From Podospora anserina (taxonomy: Eukaryota): 64,000 nt of DNA. The stretch covers positions 4,464,001-4,528,000 of the forward strand of contig CM030336.1 in assembly GCA_017654855.1 (NCBI GenBank), in the 5' to 3' direction. Numbering within the stretch: position 1 is the first letter of the stretch; each line of letters opens with the position of its first letter. The notes under the pieces are model-generated. The model saw only the letters and a list, made by a program, of their open reading frames with translations. It ran no database searches and had not been told where the DNA came from. The translations under genes were made by a program, and so were the position numbers. Of this stretch, positions 47,178 through 59,477 are shown one piece after another.

Positions 47178-47641
47178 TTACCCGCAACGGAACGAGCTGA
47201 TACGGTTATCGAACCTTCCATTCCCATCGCTAAGGTTGGCGTCGTCTTGGTTCTGGTACACCAGCCCCTGGCAGTTGGCGTGTCTGCAATGATGGTTAGA
47301 ACAATGTGAACTCCTTTGATTGGGGGCTGGTGCTGTGACTTACTCCCACCACTGGCAATGCCATCCTTTTCCAGAGTGGCGTATCGAACTGATGACATCG
47401 TTCCAGCTGCCAGAGAAGTTTACTGGAGGACTTTGTTAACCCTTGGTTACTCAGAGAGAAGGAAGAAAGGTTGCTTACCGCACTCGTTGCGGCCGCCATA
47501 AAAGGTCCGGCATTGACCACCCCACCAGGGGTCCTTGCAGGCATAAACACTGATCCGCTCTTGACCCCCGTTCGACTGGGAGGCCGTAACTGACAGGACG
47601 CCAAGTGCCACAAGGACCGCAAGAGACTTGACGTTGAGCAT
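47178..47641 (-). CDS. Small secreted Cys-rich beta/gamma-crystallin-like protein (115 aa), 3 exons (introns 47423-47478, 47284-47343)
   Basis: Signal peptide; spliced product ..VYACKDPWWGGQC..ECVNFSGSWNDVISSIR..CQWWEHANCQG..GRFDNRISSFRCG with two Greek-key ND/DNxISS signatures and 6 Cys. Confidence 0.85.
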
Positions 47642-48902
47642 CTGGATGGTGTCGAGAGCCACGAGAAAAAGGCTCCAAGGGTGATGTTCGAGGGTGAAAG
47701 AGCAGTAGGTCGTTGTTTGTGAGCCGGGCGGCCTTATTTTCTTATGTTTTTTCAGGGTCCTTCCCCCCCCCGATCCTTCGGCGACCCGTCAAGCGATCGG
47801 CAGTCATGAAGTTGGGGTGATTCAGATGAGATCCAGGATCATGATCCACTATTCAGGGTCCAAGATGATCTCCCGAGCTCCCCTAGACGCTAGTGCTTCC
47901 GCCTAGCTGGTACTATCGCATCCTATATTTGATCCTAGATTAGCACGGATATCAGGGTGGCCTCCAGTCAGCAACGCGACAGGTCCGGATCTGCTTCCCG
48001 AGTCTCACGTTCTGTTAGCTGAGGTGAGATGGCAGGGGTCCAACCCAACAGTGGAGTGCAACGGCAACAGCCTCCGGATCGACAATCTGGTTCTGGTGTT
48101 GGCTGCCGTTATTCTCGCTGTCTTAGCACGGTCCGTGTTGTTGATCCAGGCCGTACTAATGCCTAGCCGTCCTCCAAGTCGTTTGCCACGTGACACTTAC
48201 GTGTTATGATCTCTTTGCAGCTGGTGAAAGCTTTCACAGCCGCACCACCGCAACGATCGCACTATCAGATCACGGCCAATGTCGTCTTTTCATGAAGTCT
48301 TGGTTAAGACAGCCTCCCCATGGTCAAATCACACTTCCAGGCAACATCCCATCCAATCGAGTGGAAGAGAACTCAACCTCACCAACCCGCCAAGCCAATG
48401 ATTCGAACCTCGCGATGCTAAACTTGACGCGGCCTGTTTACCCCTCACACTAAAAGAACATCTTCAACTCGTTTCAACTCTCTCGAAGCCACAATGGACA
48501 AACTGACCTCAACCGACGGGAGTCAACTGGAACCTCTCTGCTCTGGATGGGCGGCGAGGGACATCAGAGTTCTTCCCCCAAGTTGATCGCCATCAGCGGC
48601 TCTGTGGCACTTGGCTTAGTGTTGATGGCACCCATTGCATGGTTGGCGGTCATTATTTATTTCACATCACTTGCCTGGATGGAGCAGCTACTTTACGATA
48701 TTGGGGTTTCCCCAAAGTGATAGCCTCGATATTTATCCCGTCGAGGTGCCTTGCAAGGAACTGTTATGGGCCGATTCATATTTTGACAAAATCTTGTGGT
48801 TGGGCTAAACGGAGAACAACGCGAGTCACGATGCCTCCCAGTATATGTACCCAGCAGATGATATGTACACGTCTCATGTCATTAATATACCTTCATTACA
48901 CC

Positions 48903-50243
48903 CTACTCGATGCAAACCTTCCCTTCAAAGAAGCTTCCATCCCAAGCCTCAGCCACCTCCTCAGCAACCAACCGGTTAATCTCAATCCCCGGGTGGTAAT
49001 CATTAAACCACAAGCACGAAACCCCATCCCCATTCCAGCACTTGGCATCCGGCGAGCCATACTCAGTCGGGTTATCCAACGCCTCATTGAACGCAACCCC
49101 CGTGTCGACAATCTTGATCACCGACCCAGCATTCGCCGCCTGAAAAGTCGCGGCCCGGGAAGCGATAGCAGCGTTGTACTTGGCGATAGCGGCAGCCTCG
49201 GTTTCCTGAGCCCACTCTGTCTCCTCGACCATGACAGGAGTGCGATGAATCGCTTTTCATAAAGTCAGCACGAAATTCTCCGAAGGAACAGGAAAAAGGA
49301 AAGCTTACGCGGCACACCCAAAGCAACAAACTGCCTCGCCCCCGCATCATACAACACCTGCAGCTGCCCAAAATACGTATCCATAATCTCGCTCAGCAGC
49401 TGGTCATACTCCTCCTTCCACCAGCTGTTCCCCACGTCGTTCACGCCAATCCAGATGCCGAAGAGAGCGTTCTCTGCTGTCCAGGGGGCGTAGGATGGCT
49501 TGGAGGCGATGGTGTCGGTGAACTGCTGGACTTGGTCGATCAAGCTCAGGACGTCCTCTCTCCAGGGCTGGACGAGGCTGGCGTTGGTGGTGGCGCCGCC
49601 GTAGGCGAAGTTGTAGGTGAGGAGGGTGGAGGCGTTGTACTGGGAGGTGAGGAAGCCAACCCAGTTTAGGCCGCCGGAGGCTGTCCAGCCGGGGAGGGGT
49701 GGGTTGCCAAAGGGGTTGGAGGGGGAGGGTTTGGTGGAGAGGGGGTCGAAGCCTGTTTGGGAGTAGGAGTCGCCGCTGAGGGGTGGTGTTAATCTCCATC
49801 GAGCTGAAAGGAGGCAACAGGGACAACATGGAGGGGCTTACAAGTTGATGAAGTACTTGGCGGCGGAGGTTGGGCTGGAGGATGGGGCGGCACTTGTGCT
49901 GGTCGACTGGACAGAGCTGGTGCTGGTGCTGGTGGTAGGGACGACTGTCGGGGCGGCAGTGGTGCTTATTGTCTGAGAGCCTGGCACACACTGGTCTTGA
50001 TGGTTGTCAGTCACAATGCTATGAGAGCTATCTGTTGTCAGGAACAGGATTGGGAGACGTACGATACCAGTCGTTGTAAGCCGTGCAAACAGCACCAGAA
50101 ACGCACACCTTCGACCCCTGATATCCAATCCCACCACACTGTCCCCAAAGATTCACAGCGTTTTGACGTCTAGTAACAGCAGCTAACCCGGGCGCCGCAC
50201 TCAACAGAGCCACCAAACCGGCCTTGACAATTTGACCACCCAT
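48903..50243 (-). CDS. Secreted CBM1 + SGNH/GDSL acetylesterase (CE16-like), multi-exon
   Basis: Signal peptide, CBM1 [27 protein letters not shown] linker, FGDSY formed across an intron, [15 protein letters not shown] and WFNDYHP. Confidence 0.92.
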
Positions 50244-50762
50244 TATTTCTTCGGTTCTCAACAGGGGACAGAGAAGATGAGGCTCGAACTGAGATGAGAT
50301 CAGCTGGAGAACAACAGCATCCTGATCAAAGCAACAACGGGAGATCGCACCTTATATTAACTCTTTCCCGCCCTGTCATTATCCCAAATATGGCCTGGTT
50401 CCGGCTCGCCGGGCTCATGGTGGTAAAAACACTCCATCGCACGTGTTCGGCTGTGGGAAGGGTGTAAGATGATTGGTGGATTCATGCTGAGCAAGGGGTA
50501 AAGTGGAGGTCCCGAATGCAGGAGGGCGGAGGGAGAAGATGCGGAATACCACCCCGAACAGCCGAATGTCTTGAAAACACGAGGTGATGTTGCCATGGAG
50601 AGGCGGACGGTGGAGGAGGCAGCTCCATCAGGGTAAGGTAGTAGGCTAAAGTTTGCTTCCCGAGGTTATCGACAGGGATCGAAACTTGGTTCGGGAGCAG
50701 CGGTGCATGGCCGGCCGAGATCTTGTGAATCTTTGAGTTTGACGACCTGTACGTCAGACATA

Positions 50763-53700
50763 TTAGGAGATCATGCCTCCAGTCCGGTCTGGACACTCCT
50801 GAAGAACTTCGAGTACAGCATTTTTGGCTGCAACTACAGTTTTATAAGACCGTACGCTCATGCACCAACAACCCTCAGAACTTTCTTTCACCACATCAAC
50901 ACAAGATCGATCCCGTTGATCGCGAGCGCGCACATCAGAACCCTGCTGCAAAGGAAACGAATGGCTTCCAGCAAACAACAATCCTTCCTACAGGCCATCA
51001 GCAGGGGAGTTTCACCCTTTTGGTTTCGTGCGTCGATTATTGCACCATGTGCCAACAGCTTTTGAAATAGACGCTTTCGAGTGATACCGCCAAACCTCAA
51101 CTTCTCCGTACTATCTAGCGACAAGTCCGACATTGAACTGCTTGAAGAGAGGCGGCTCATTGGTGGACTTGTTGAAGAAGCCGTTTCTGACCCCTCAGTA
51201 TAAATCTCGCAGGCAATGTGAGGTGGTACATTTCCGGCCAAGTCTGCCAAGTTGACGTGTGGGCCTCTCCTAAGGAGCAAATCCAGGATAGACTGGGCGT
51301 TTCCCCAAGGCCATCGTGAGCGTGACTCTACCAAATGCTTCCGAATAACTTGATGCAGTAAAGGAGCACGAAGTGATGGCAGCTCCTGATCATATGTCAT
51401 GGCGTCGATATCGGCTCCAAAGTCAAGCAAGACACGGATGATTGAGTCATTTACTGACCCAAGCCAGTCTATCACCTTCTCAATAGTGTATTCTAATGGA
51501 GTGCGAGCAAAGGTTCTCTTGGTGACGTCCGCACCGGCCATCAGGAGGAAAACCAGACTCCAAAACACTCTGTGCTGAATTGCAGTCCATAGAGCTCCAC
51601 TGTTCGATAGATCGCTACCATGATCACGCAGAAACTTTATCGAGCTCTTTCCAATAGCATCAATCAATACTTTGGAGTCCTTGAGTGCTTTGAAATTGAA
51701 GTCTGGCTCAAACGGCTCTGCTGGATACTCACGGAACCGCAAGTGAGTCTCCAATAGTGCTGCCACATCCAGCGGGTCCAGCCTGTGCGTATTTGGCCGG
51801 TGACAAGCTACACCGCCGACGACGAGGTATTTGGTATCTTTCAGAACGCGGTGGGAATGTGAGCGACGATACCTGAAGCCCCGACCACGATCGATGTGCG
51901 ACCACAGTTTGCTCGTATGATGGTCTAGAACCGTCCAGCCAAGACCACAATTTGCGTGAATGTCGAAACCCATTTGAGCCACTGTTTTCAGGTAACCTGG
52001 GATGTTGGATTCACGTCGCCAGATTGACACGCTGCCTCCTCTCTCGGCCACTATGTGCAAAGGGGTCCTGCAAAGACCATCCCTCGCTGATAGCAACGTA
52101 GCCGGGTCCATGGACAGCACTATCCTGAGCGCCTCCAAATCCCTCATCGCTGCAGCAAAAAATAATGCTTGGACCAATCCCTTCTTGGTAGCGCCACAGA
52201 GATGTGCTCACATCTTTTCTCACAATCCTCTGTCGTCCCAGCTTCAAAGCCTTCCTCACTCCGTCCAGCCATTATGTCGGCCTCTTGTTGTAGAACGGTT
52301 CGTAAATGGAAGCGATGTTTGAGAAAGACCACAATGGAAGCTGCTGAGACCGCAGCGTAACCGTTGAATGGTGTTGGCTTAGTGGCCGGAAACATGGGAT
52401 AGGAAAATCGGTACCGAGATCTTCATATAATTCAGGATCCTGAGGACAGTTGCTGCGATGACGGGGTTGCAAAGGGGCGGCTGATGGCTGAACAGCTCCA
52501 AATACCAGTATGAATACCGAGGATGAGTTGGTCGTTTTGGATCATCCTCCTCCGCCTTTCTCACGTGTTGTGACCAGTTTGACAGAGAGTAAGCCAGAAA
52601 CACTTGTTCTTTTGGGCACTTAGTGTTATTCCACTCCGTATGCCGTCGCGGAACCTCCGACGTATTTATTGCTGTGAGAGCTCGGTATGCGGCAAGAATA
52701 AAGTGGAAAAGAACTCGGAAATGTGGAAGCTCTTGTGACCGAACCTATTGCAGCAGTTTGTCGTATGCGTAAAACACTGTAGATGTTGTCTCCTTGTTGA
52801 GGCTTCTCCGCGCTTGAGGTCTGTCGTCGAAGTTCTTCTCAAGCACTTGGAAGACTAAACCAATCCACAGATATGTGCGCTGTTGTGCGTCGACATCCTC
52901 GAGTGCCTCGCGAATGGCCAACTGGCGTTCCTCAGACACACGGCGTTTCTTTGCCAATGTTCTTAGACGATGGTCAATGACGAATTTAATTTCGTTTTGT
53001 ATTTGATCTTTCTCATTCCTCGAGTTCCCCGAAAGATGGACACAACTCATGTCGGAATCCCAGAATAGGTCCAAAATCTTTAGGTAGCCTCTTGTTGTGA
53101 GTAGGAATTTTACAGACGGTTGTCTGTCAGGCTTCAACTCATCATGCGGTGGCAGGAGTCGTCGTAGAAGCTTTACCAGAATGTGGAGTTGTTCTGGGTT
53201 ACATTCATCTAGCGCGTCCACTACGCAGATGATCTGGCAGGTCATGCTATGGCTAGCCGCTCCTTGAAAGAGAGAAGCAAGCGATGTAGGATCTGACACA
53301 AGATTGCGACCTTGAGCCTCAGTGCTGCCTTCAAGGTCATCAGCAACCACACCATGTTCGTAAAACAGTCCATGTAATAGAGAACAGACGGTAGAATCTA
53401 AGCCTCGTTGCTCTGGGGTGTCTGAAGAAAAAATAGCAAACAGTCGCCTCAGGCTGCTCAGCTGGGAGAATATTTGAGCCAGTTGCCGTGACAACAGATT
53501 TTCCACATCCTGGGTCGGCCGACACGAGCAACAACCCGCGCGGCTCTTTCAACCATCGCTCAAATTTCTCATGTCGTTGAAACCATTCGCACGTGCCGGG
53601 AATACGCTCTGGACTGAGCATCATCCGCTCTTCATAACTCGTTGTTTTAAAACCGCCTGTAATCTTACTCTGCATTCTCCTTCGCTCTGCTTTTATCGCG

Positions 53701-54776
53701 TTGAAGCTGGTCGCGCCGCTGGTTCCGAAGTTGTTGAACGATCTCTCGATTGTCGTATTGTAAGTTGCAACGAGAGAAATCACCTTCCAACTGTTTAATA
53801 GCATCGGTGCGTTCCTCCCAGTTATTGAAGCCAAGCAATGTCTTCAGAGGTCGAGTGAAAGGCCTATCCTTCAGACAGTAGGCCCCGCTCATCATCTCAT
53901 ACTCCATCGAGGTCGCGTAATTCTCGATGATAGAGACTTGGGGCGTCTTTCGCAGCTCAGATATCATCGCGTTATCCTCTCAGCTGCCTTCAAGAATAAC
54001 CTCGGATAGTTTCATGTACCACACCATCCGAGAGATGATGTAGTTTAAGCCCTCCACCATCTCTGCGTCTGCCATGAGTGGCTGGACAAGAACCCGCACC
54101 CCAGTGTTGGCAAATTTCATTGCAGTGTAACCTGGGCAACGCCTCTCACAGAGTGTGTGGTTTCCAACATACCGGAAGCACAGCGCAAATACCAGCCCAT
54201 GCCAGCCCCGCAGGCGGGAAAGCCCCCGCTATAGGACCGACCGCGCCTCCTATGGCCTTGAAGAATGTAACAGCATCGATCACCACCGTCTTTGCGTCCT
54301 CCTGCTTCGTTGCCTTCGCAATGGATCGCTGCGCAGAGGAGAGAAGCAGACCAAAACGAGCTTGTTCCTTCAACGCTCCTGCAAGTCCCCCAGGTGCAAA
54401 TACTGTTCCTGAGAATCCTTGTACTGGTGCCTGCTCACTCACAACAGCCTCATACCCATCGACCAGCTCTTCGTCCTTTTCCATGATGTTTTCGTAGGCC
54501 CGACTGCACAACTGAAGGGATATCGAGTTCTCCGCTTGACTAGAAATCTCTGTTGGATGAGTTGGCTCTTCGGCGGTTGGTTGGTTAGGTGTCGGCTCGT
54601 CGGCGGTCGACTTTGTGGCGGTTGAAGCTGTGACGATGTTCATTTGTTCGGGTTTCGGGCTGTGGGTGGGACGAAGAGAAAAAAGCGGTCAAAAACGACA
54701 ACGTTCCAGCACTGCCCGATGAAGCCGCAACTCCATCTTTCTGACGCCCGATTCGAAATAGTCCTTTCAGTCCCAT
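50763..54776 (-). pseudogene. NLR pseudogene: NWD-NACHT-N-like N-terminal domain + NACHT + ankyrin repeats
   Basis: SRAYE..DEELVDGYE and AGLAWAGICAVLP; RIPGTCEWF, P-loop SADPGCGKS, CYFFF, Walker B VVDALDEC, KFLLTTR and TYLWI; ankyrin TPLHIVA, TPLE and GETPLLMAC. There are in-frame stops (53980-53982, 53665-53667, 52745-52747) and several frameshifts. Confidence 0.88.
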
Positions 54777-55119
54777 TCTGGCCTTGTTTGTCGCGCAGAT
54801 GCTTTTATTGCTTTGGCTGACTTCATGTCGGTCGTCTCGAAGTGCACTGATGATAGTGATACATGCATCGATGCTCTGGAGCAGAAGCTGAAAAGCAACG
54901 TGTTGCGCCCGGCAGTCCAAGGCCGCAGGCATCCCAGAGTGCTCATTGATTGAAGGTGCATGCAATCATCGCAGTGCGCGAGGCACTCTCGCGAGGGGTA
55001 AAACGCAGAAGATGGAAGCAGACACCTCTCTTTCCCAATAAACTCAATGTAGATAATGGAATAGCATAATAGAGGAACTGTAGCTGAACATGGTGTACAA
55101 ACTGCCAACCGTTGGTTTA

Positions 55120-55203
55120 ACCCCACTGCCATACCCCCTGAGCCCCCCAACCCCATAAGCCCCCCAACCCCATAATCCCCTGAAGTCCCCCTGAACCCCT
55201 GAG
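55120..55203. repeat. C-run tandem repeat including an exact 17-bp duplication
   Basis: agccccccaaccccata twice (55141-55174), followed by cccctga-type units. Confidence 0.8.
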
Positions 55204-55230
55204 TCACGTGCCAGGGAAGACGTCAACATG

Positions 55231-56022
55231 CTATGCAACAAACATCTGAAGTCTTCCGATGATGCTCAGAATACCTAGATATGACAGCTTATTTACTTGA
55301 CAAAGTGAGCATTGCCAAACAAACACGATGAATTGCAACCGACCTGGCAATGTCCCTGTTGTCCTGTTTCCATCACCTGAGGCAGTGGTGGATTGTACAA
55401 CACCCGCCGTTGAGGTCGAAGCAGTCATTTCGAGTGTATTTGTAGACGAAACCTGCCAGCCTGGTGATACCAGATCAAATGTTGTCGAATCGACAGCTAT
55501 CGTAGCAGGTAGTGCGTTGCTCCTAGATGGCACATTAATATCACGCTTCAGTTGACGCCTTATTCCTTGATTGTTGGGCCTCAACTTACACGCTCGAGCA
55601 TATCGCACTTGCCTCGCTCAGCAAAGCTATATGGACACGTCAATAACCGTCCCAGGAATGGTCACAGGTGAGAGATTTCACTTACTTTCAACTGGACCTA
55701 TACCACAAGAGGCCACCGCGCAGTTGAGGGCTTCAGAGACGAAGGCAGTATTGCCACATGCACACTGTACACCTGTGGGCATGGGTTTGCCGATGCATTC
55801 TTGAAGATTGGAGACCAATGTCGTGCAGGATGTCTTTGATTATACGTGTCAGGGGCCATCTAATGCTCAGGATAGCTATCAGGATGATGGATCAGTCAAG
55901 GGGTATCGTAGAAGACAGTCAGGAAGCCCGGGAATGACTATCAATCTGGGCGGCTCGGATGTCGCTGCCGTCTCGGGTATAGAAGCGAACCCGGTAAAGC
56001 TGATTGTTGCACTGACGTCCAT
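55231..56022 (-). pseudogene. CFEM-domain gene with S/T-rich tail and a defective first splice donor (introns 55834-55911, 55627-55685, 55523-55589)
   Basis: The spliced reconstruction gives the 8-Cys CFEM pattern PDCL/TSC-x9-C-x10-CAC-x11-C-x4-C-x15-C. Introns 2 and 3 are canonical (GTAAGT..TAG). Intron 1 starts CTACGA instead of GT and contains an in-frame TGA. Confidence 0.75.
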
Positions 56023-56723
56023 TGATCAAGCTCGAGTATCTAGGCGTTTGACAATTGATCGTTGGGGGAACTTGCCAGATGCTTTCTCGGTGGGAGGCAC
56101 CACCAAACCTTTATATGACCTCGTCCTTTGGGGGCCTTTCAAACAAGCCGGCCTTTGTCTTGCTCGGCCTCAACAAAATCCGAACCCAAGTTGATTTCGT
56201 AGAAAGCAGGCACATGGTCTGGTATTACCGGAGTCCCATACGTCCAATCAAATTGGAAGGTGCCTGGTTGCAGATAGTGTTGTATTACACTTGCCTGATA
56301 CCATTATCTCGATAGATTAGGATGCAACCCCCACCAGCCTTTCAGATAGGTTTGCAAGGTTTGAGCCCGGTAGTAATTTGAGGCACAGCCTCGGGTATAA
56401 CGGCGACCCATCACAGTTGGGGGCGATATGCAGCATGAATGGAACAGTATCCCAAACAGTGATATCACTCTGGCGAATTAGAGCAGGATGTTGGGGTAAC
56501 CATCGGGAAATTTCCCACATGTAGGCAGGGTATCCGATATCCGTACGTCTTCACGTATACCCGGTGGTATCATCAGGCGATGAATATCATAAAGTGCGTG
56601 GAATTCGTGCGTAACAGACAGAGCTCTCCAGCCATCAGCAGATGGCCCCCCGTTCTATGATGGCGAGGTGCTGGTTTTCCTTCCCCGACATGCACGAGGC
56701 GTCCTTTTCCACATACCTACCAG

Positions 56724-58439
56724 ATGGCTGATCCTGAAGCCAGAACTGGGGGATCGAATTGTCCAAATGGCGTCACGGCATCTTTCCAACGTCTATTCAA
56801 ATTGCCATGGACCACCATAGCGTTGATCTCGCACGCCATCCTGTACATCACTCTTACACTCGTGATGCTGCTCGTTGTGGACAACTACAAAGCCTACGAT
56901 GGCGCTGATACAACCACAAACACAGCCTCACAAACAGAGTCAAGGCTTCGTTCAGACGACATCATCACCGCTGTTTCCGCGTCTACTGTTGCGGTTCAAT
57001 GGGTCGCCGGCGTCTGGGTGACGAACGTTCTCACCAAAAGCGGGTACATCGTATGGATGAAGACTCGACAAACCCACAGCAAGGAGAAAATCATCGACAA
57101 AATCCGATGGGCCATGGAATATCGATTTCCCATCAAACTAGGTCTCCGAACAGATTACAATTTGATTCGAATATCAATATTTCTCGTTCTTCCAGCGCTC
57201 CTAGCATCACCCATCCTTGAGGGTGCGTTGAGCTGGAAATCTTCTTATGAAGCAGCTGGCTCTGCCACAGCCAGATCAGGGAATCCAGCAGCACAATTCT
57301 ACAGTTGGAACTTCATCACATCTGCCGAGGGCAAGGTGGGACATGACCTTATTTGGAACGCAGCATCGCTTGCTGGCATTGCTTGGGAGAACGGAACATC
57401 AACAAGCACAGACCTGAAAGAGACCAAGAGCCAGAAGTGCCGCCATGTCACAACGCACGACCAGTTCCCAGCTGGGACAAAGCTACACAACGCTACCATT
57501 CCCTGTATTGTGGTCCACAGCATATCTTGGCCGAAGAAGCCCATGCCGCAGAGCGTGGAAAATGTCTTTAACAATTCCGAGGTCATCACCGCAGCAGGCC
57601 GACCTCCCATTCTCCGAACTCAACCTGGCACAGTACTAGTATTTGACCCAACTAACAAGACGCTGCCAACGCCGCCCGTCATGACGACCAAAAATGGCAA
57701 CTTCAACATCACCAGGGAAACGGTCTACGTCAACCAGCCACCCTACCCAGCGCCCTTCATCTGGGCCGGTTCCATGACGGCTATCGTTTATCTTACACAG
57801 CAGGTGGCCTTCCCTCCATATGTCGTGGATGTATTTGGGGTTGAGGAGCCGAACAATGAAGTTGCGCTCGGAGCAACAGTCGTCTGGGCAAAGGGAGAAG
57901 TGAAGCCTCAGCAGACTTTCACTTATCTCGAGATCAACTTCACCGCCGGCATCATTAACCCTGCTACAAGCACATACGTGAAGCAGAATGTCATTGAAGC
58001 GGATGACAACGACCTGGACGGAAAAGATATTGTGGAAGGGCCATGGGTTAGAGAGGCACTATATCTGACTTCCGATATCATGTCCTGTTTGGCCATTTCG
58101 AACTCAACTGGAATATCTTCGTGGCAGAGCTTGGAGAGTTACACAGAAACCATGATTCGGTTCTCGTACATGGCAGCCTGGAGTCTGCTGCAGAGGAGCT
58201 ATGAGCCGAACAGCACACTACTCACCGTGGATTTGTACGAGGCGAGGATACAGGCTGTTGTTTCACAGTGGAGGGTCATCAGTTGGCTCGGGATTAATGT
58301 GGCCTTTTCACTGTCTTGGATCACAGCCACAGTATTAATGAAAAGGAGCAAAGAGTTGGCGGGGGTTGACACAGTTCCTGATTTTATCTTGCGGTTGTAT
58401 ACCCACTTTGAACATCTCGCACAGCAAGAAAATACATGA
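56724..58439 (+). CDS. Intronless multi-pass membrane glycoprotein of unknown function (571 aa)
   Basis: About 3 N-terminal hydrophobic helices, a large lumenal region with many NxS/T sequons, and a C-terminal TM helix. Confidence 0.8.
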   Translation: MADPEARTGGSNCPNGVTASFQRLFKLPWTTIALISHAILYITLTLVMLLVVDNYKAYDGADTTTNTASQTESRLRSDDIITAVSASTVAVQWVAGVWVTNVLTKSGYIVWMKTRQTHSKEKIIDKIRWAMEYRFPIKLGLRTDYNLIRISIFLVLPALLASPILEGALSWKSSYEAAGSATARSGNPAAQFYSWNFITSAEGKVGHDLIWNAASLAGIAWENGTSTSTDLKETKSQKCRHVTTHDQFPAGTKLHNATIPCIVVHSISWPKKPMPQSVENVFNNSEVITAAGRPPILRTQPGTVLVFDPTNKTLPTPPVMTTKNGNFNITRETVYVNQPPYPAPFIWAGSMTAIVYLTQQVAFPPYVVDVFGVEEPNNEVALGATVVWAKGEVKPQQTFTYLEINFTAGIINPATSTYVKQNVIEADDNDLDGKDIVEGPWVREALYLTSDIMSCLAISNSTGISSWQSLESYTETMIRFSYMAAWSLLQRSYEPNSTLLTVDLYEARIQAVVSQWRVISWLGINVAFSLSWITATVLMKRSKELAGVDTVPDFILRLYTHFEHLAQQENT

Positions 58440-59477
58440 GTAAATAAAGCATGAGATCTATATCAATACCCATGCAACCATCAAGCGACCGAACCGCATG
58501 AACGTGGGTAGGTATTCCGATCCATTACCTAACCGGAAACTCAGGGACTTAACCCCCATATCTTAGCCCTACCACCCATCGTCACAACAGCCTTCATGCA
58601 GCCGCATTATAACCCCCAAGAGCAACAGAGAGCGAACAGCCCCATCAGCAGTGAATTCTTCGGTTATTTGGACACTGTGATAGGAGCATGTGAACCCAAC
58701 CAATCTCAGCGCCCGGACCAAAGAGCGACTCGGACAATTGCGCCATCTTGGTGAATACAAAGCTTCGGCAACATGTATTTGTTGTTACCCAGCAAGAGCT
58801 ACACAAGGTTGGCCACATGCTGTGATGGTTGTCCTGATAGCTTTTGCGATAGTGTATTATTTTGGGAGGCGGAAAAAGAAGGCTTTATAAGCAACACTAT
58901 ACTGCTGAGACACCACAGCTGTACCTGTGCATCATTACTGGGTTCGTCATCATGCCCAACAAAAGAGGAGACAAATAAATAGTCGCTCAGATACCAGGTA
59001 CTAAGAGCTGGAGCTTCATGCCTGTCCTGGAGGACGAAACAACAATAGCAAACTTCATATACATCACTGGAGTACCACTATCCACGAAATCAACATTCTT
59101 TGATACCTGGTATCAAGGCTTCTGAACATTGTCAAAACATGCATTCGGAACCAGATGAAATCTTGGTTTTTACCTAGGTAAACATTTTTACTTGAGTTAG
59201 TATTCTCATGCTTCATAACCTTATGCTGGATTATGCAGTGCTCCACTAGATTATGAAGGAAATGAATCATAATAAATCATGCCTGGATTTCTTTCGGTCA
59301 TCCAATCATCTTGAAGGTAGCACTGACACTAAAAAACTCATCTGGAGGGCAACATGGAACTCTATGGCGGATCTATCCTCATCCATCCTCCAATGGCACA
59401 TAAAGTCGTGATGATGTTGCTGTTTTTTTCATTCCCATGCAGCCAGCCGTCACTACAAACTCGCATGAACCCACGGC

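Noticed and set aside
58690-58890. 66-aa ORF ending in a TM helix and basic tail
   Set aside because: No ATG start or convincing upstream exon; it may be a gene remnant but is unsupported.
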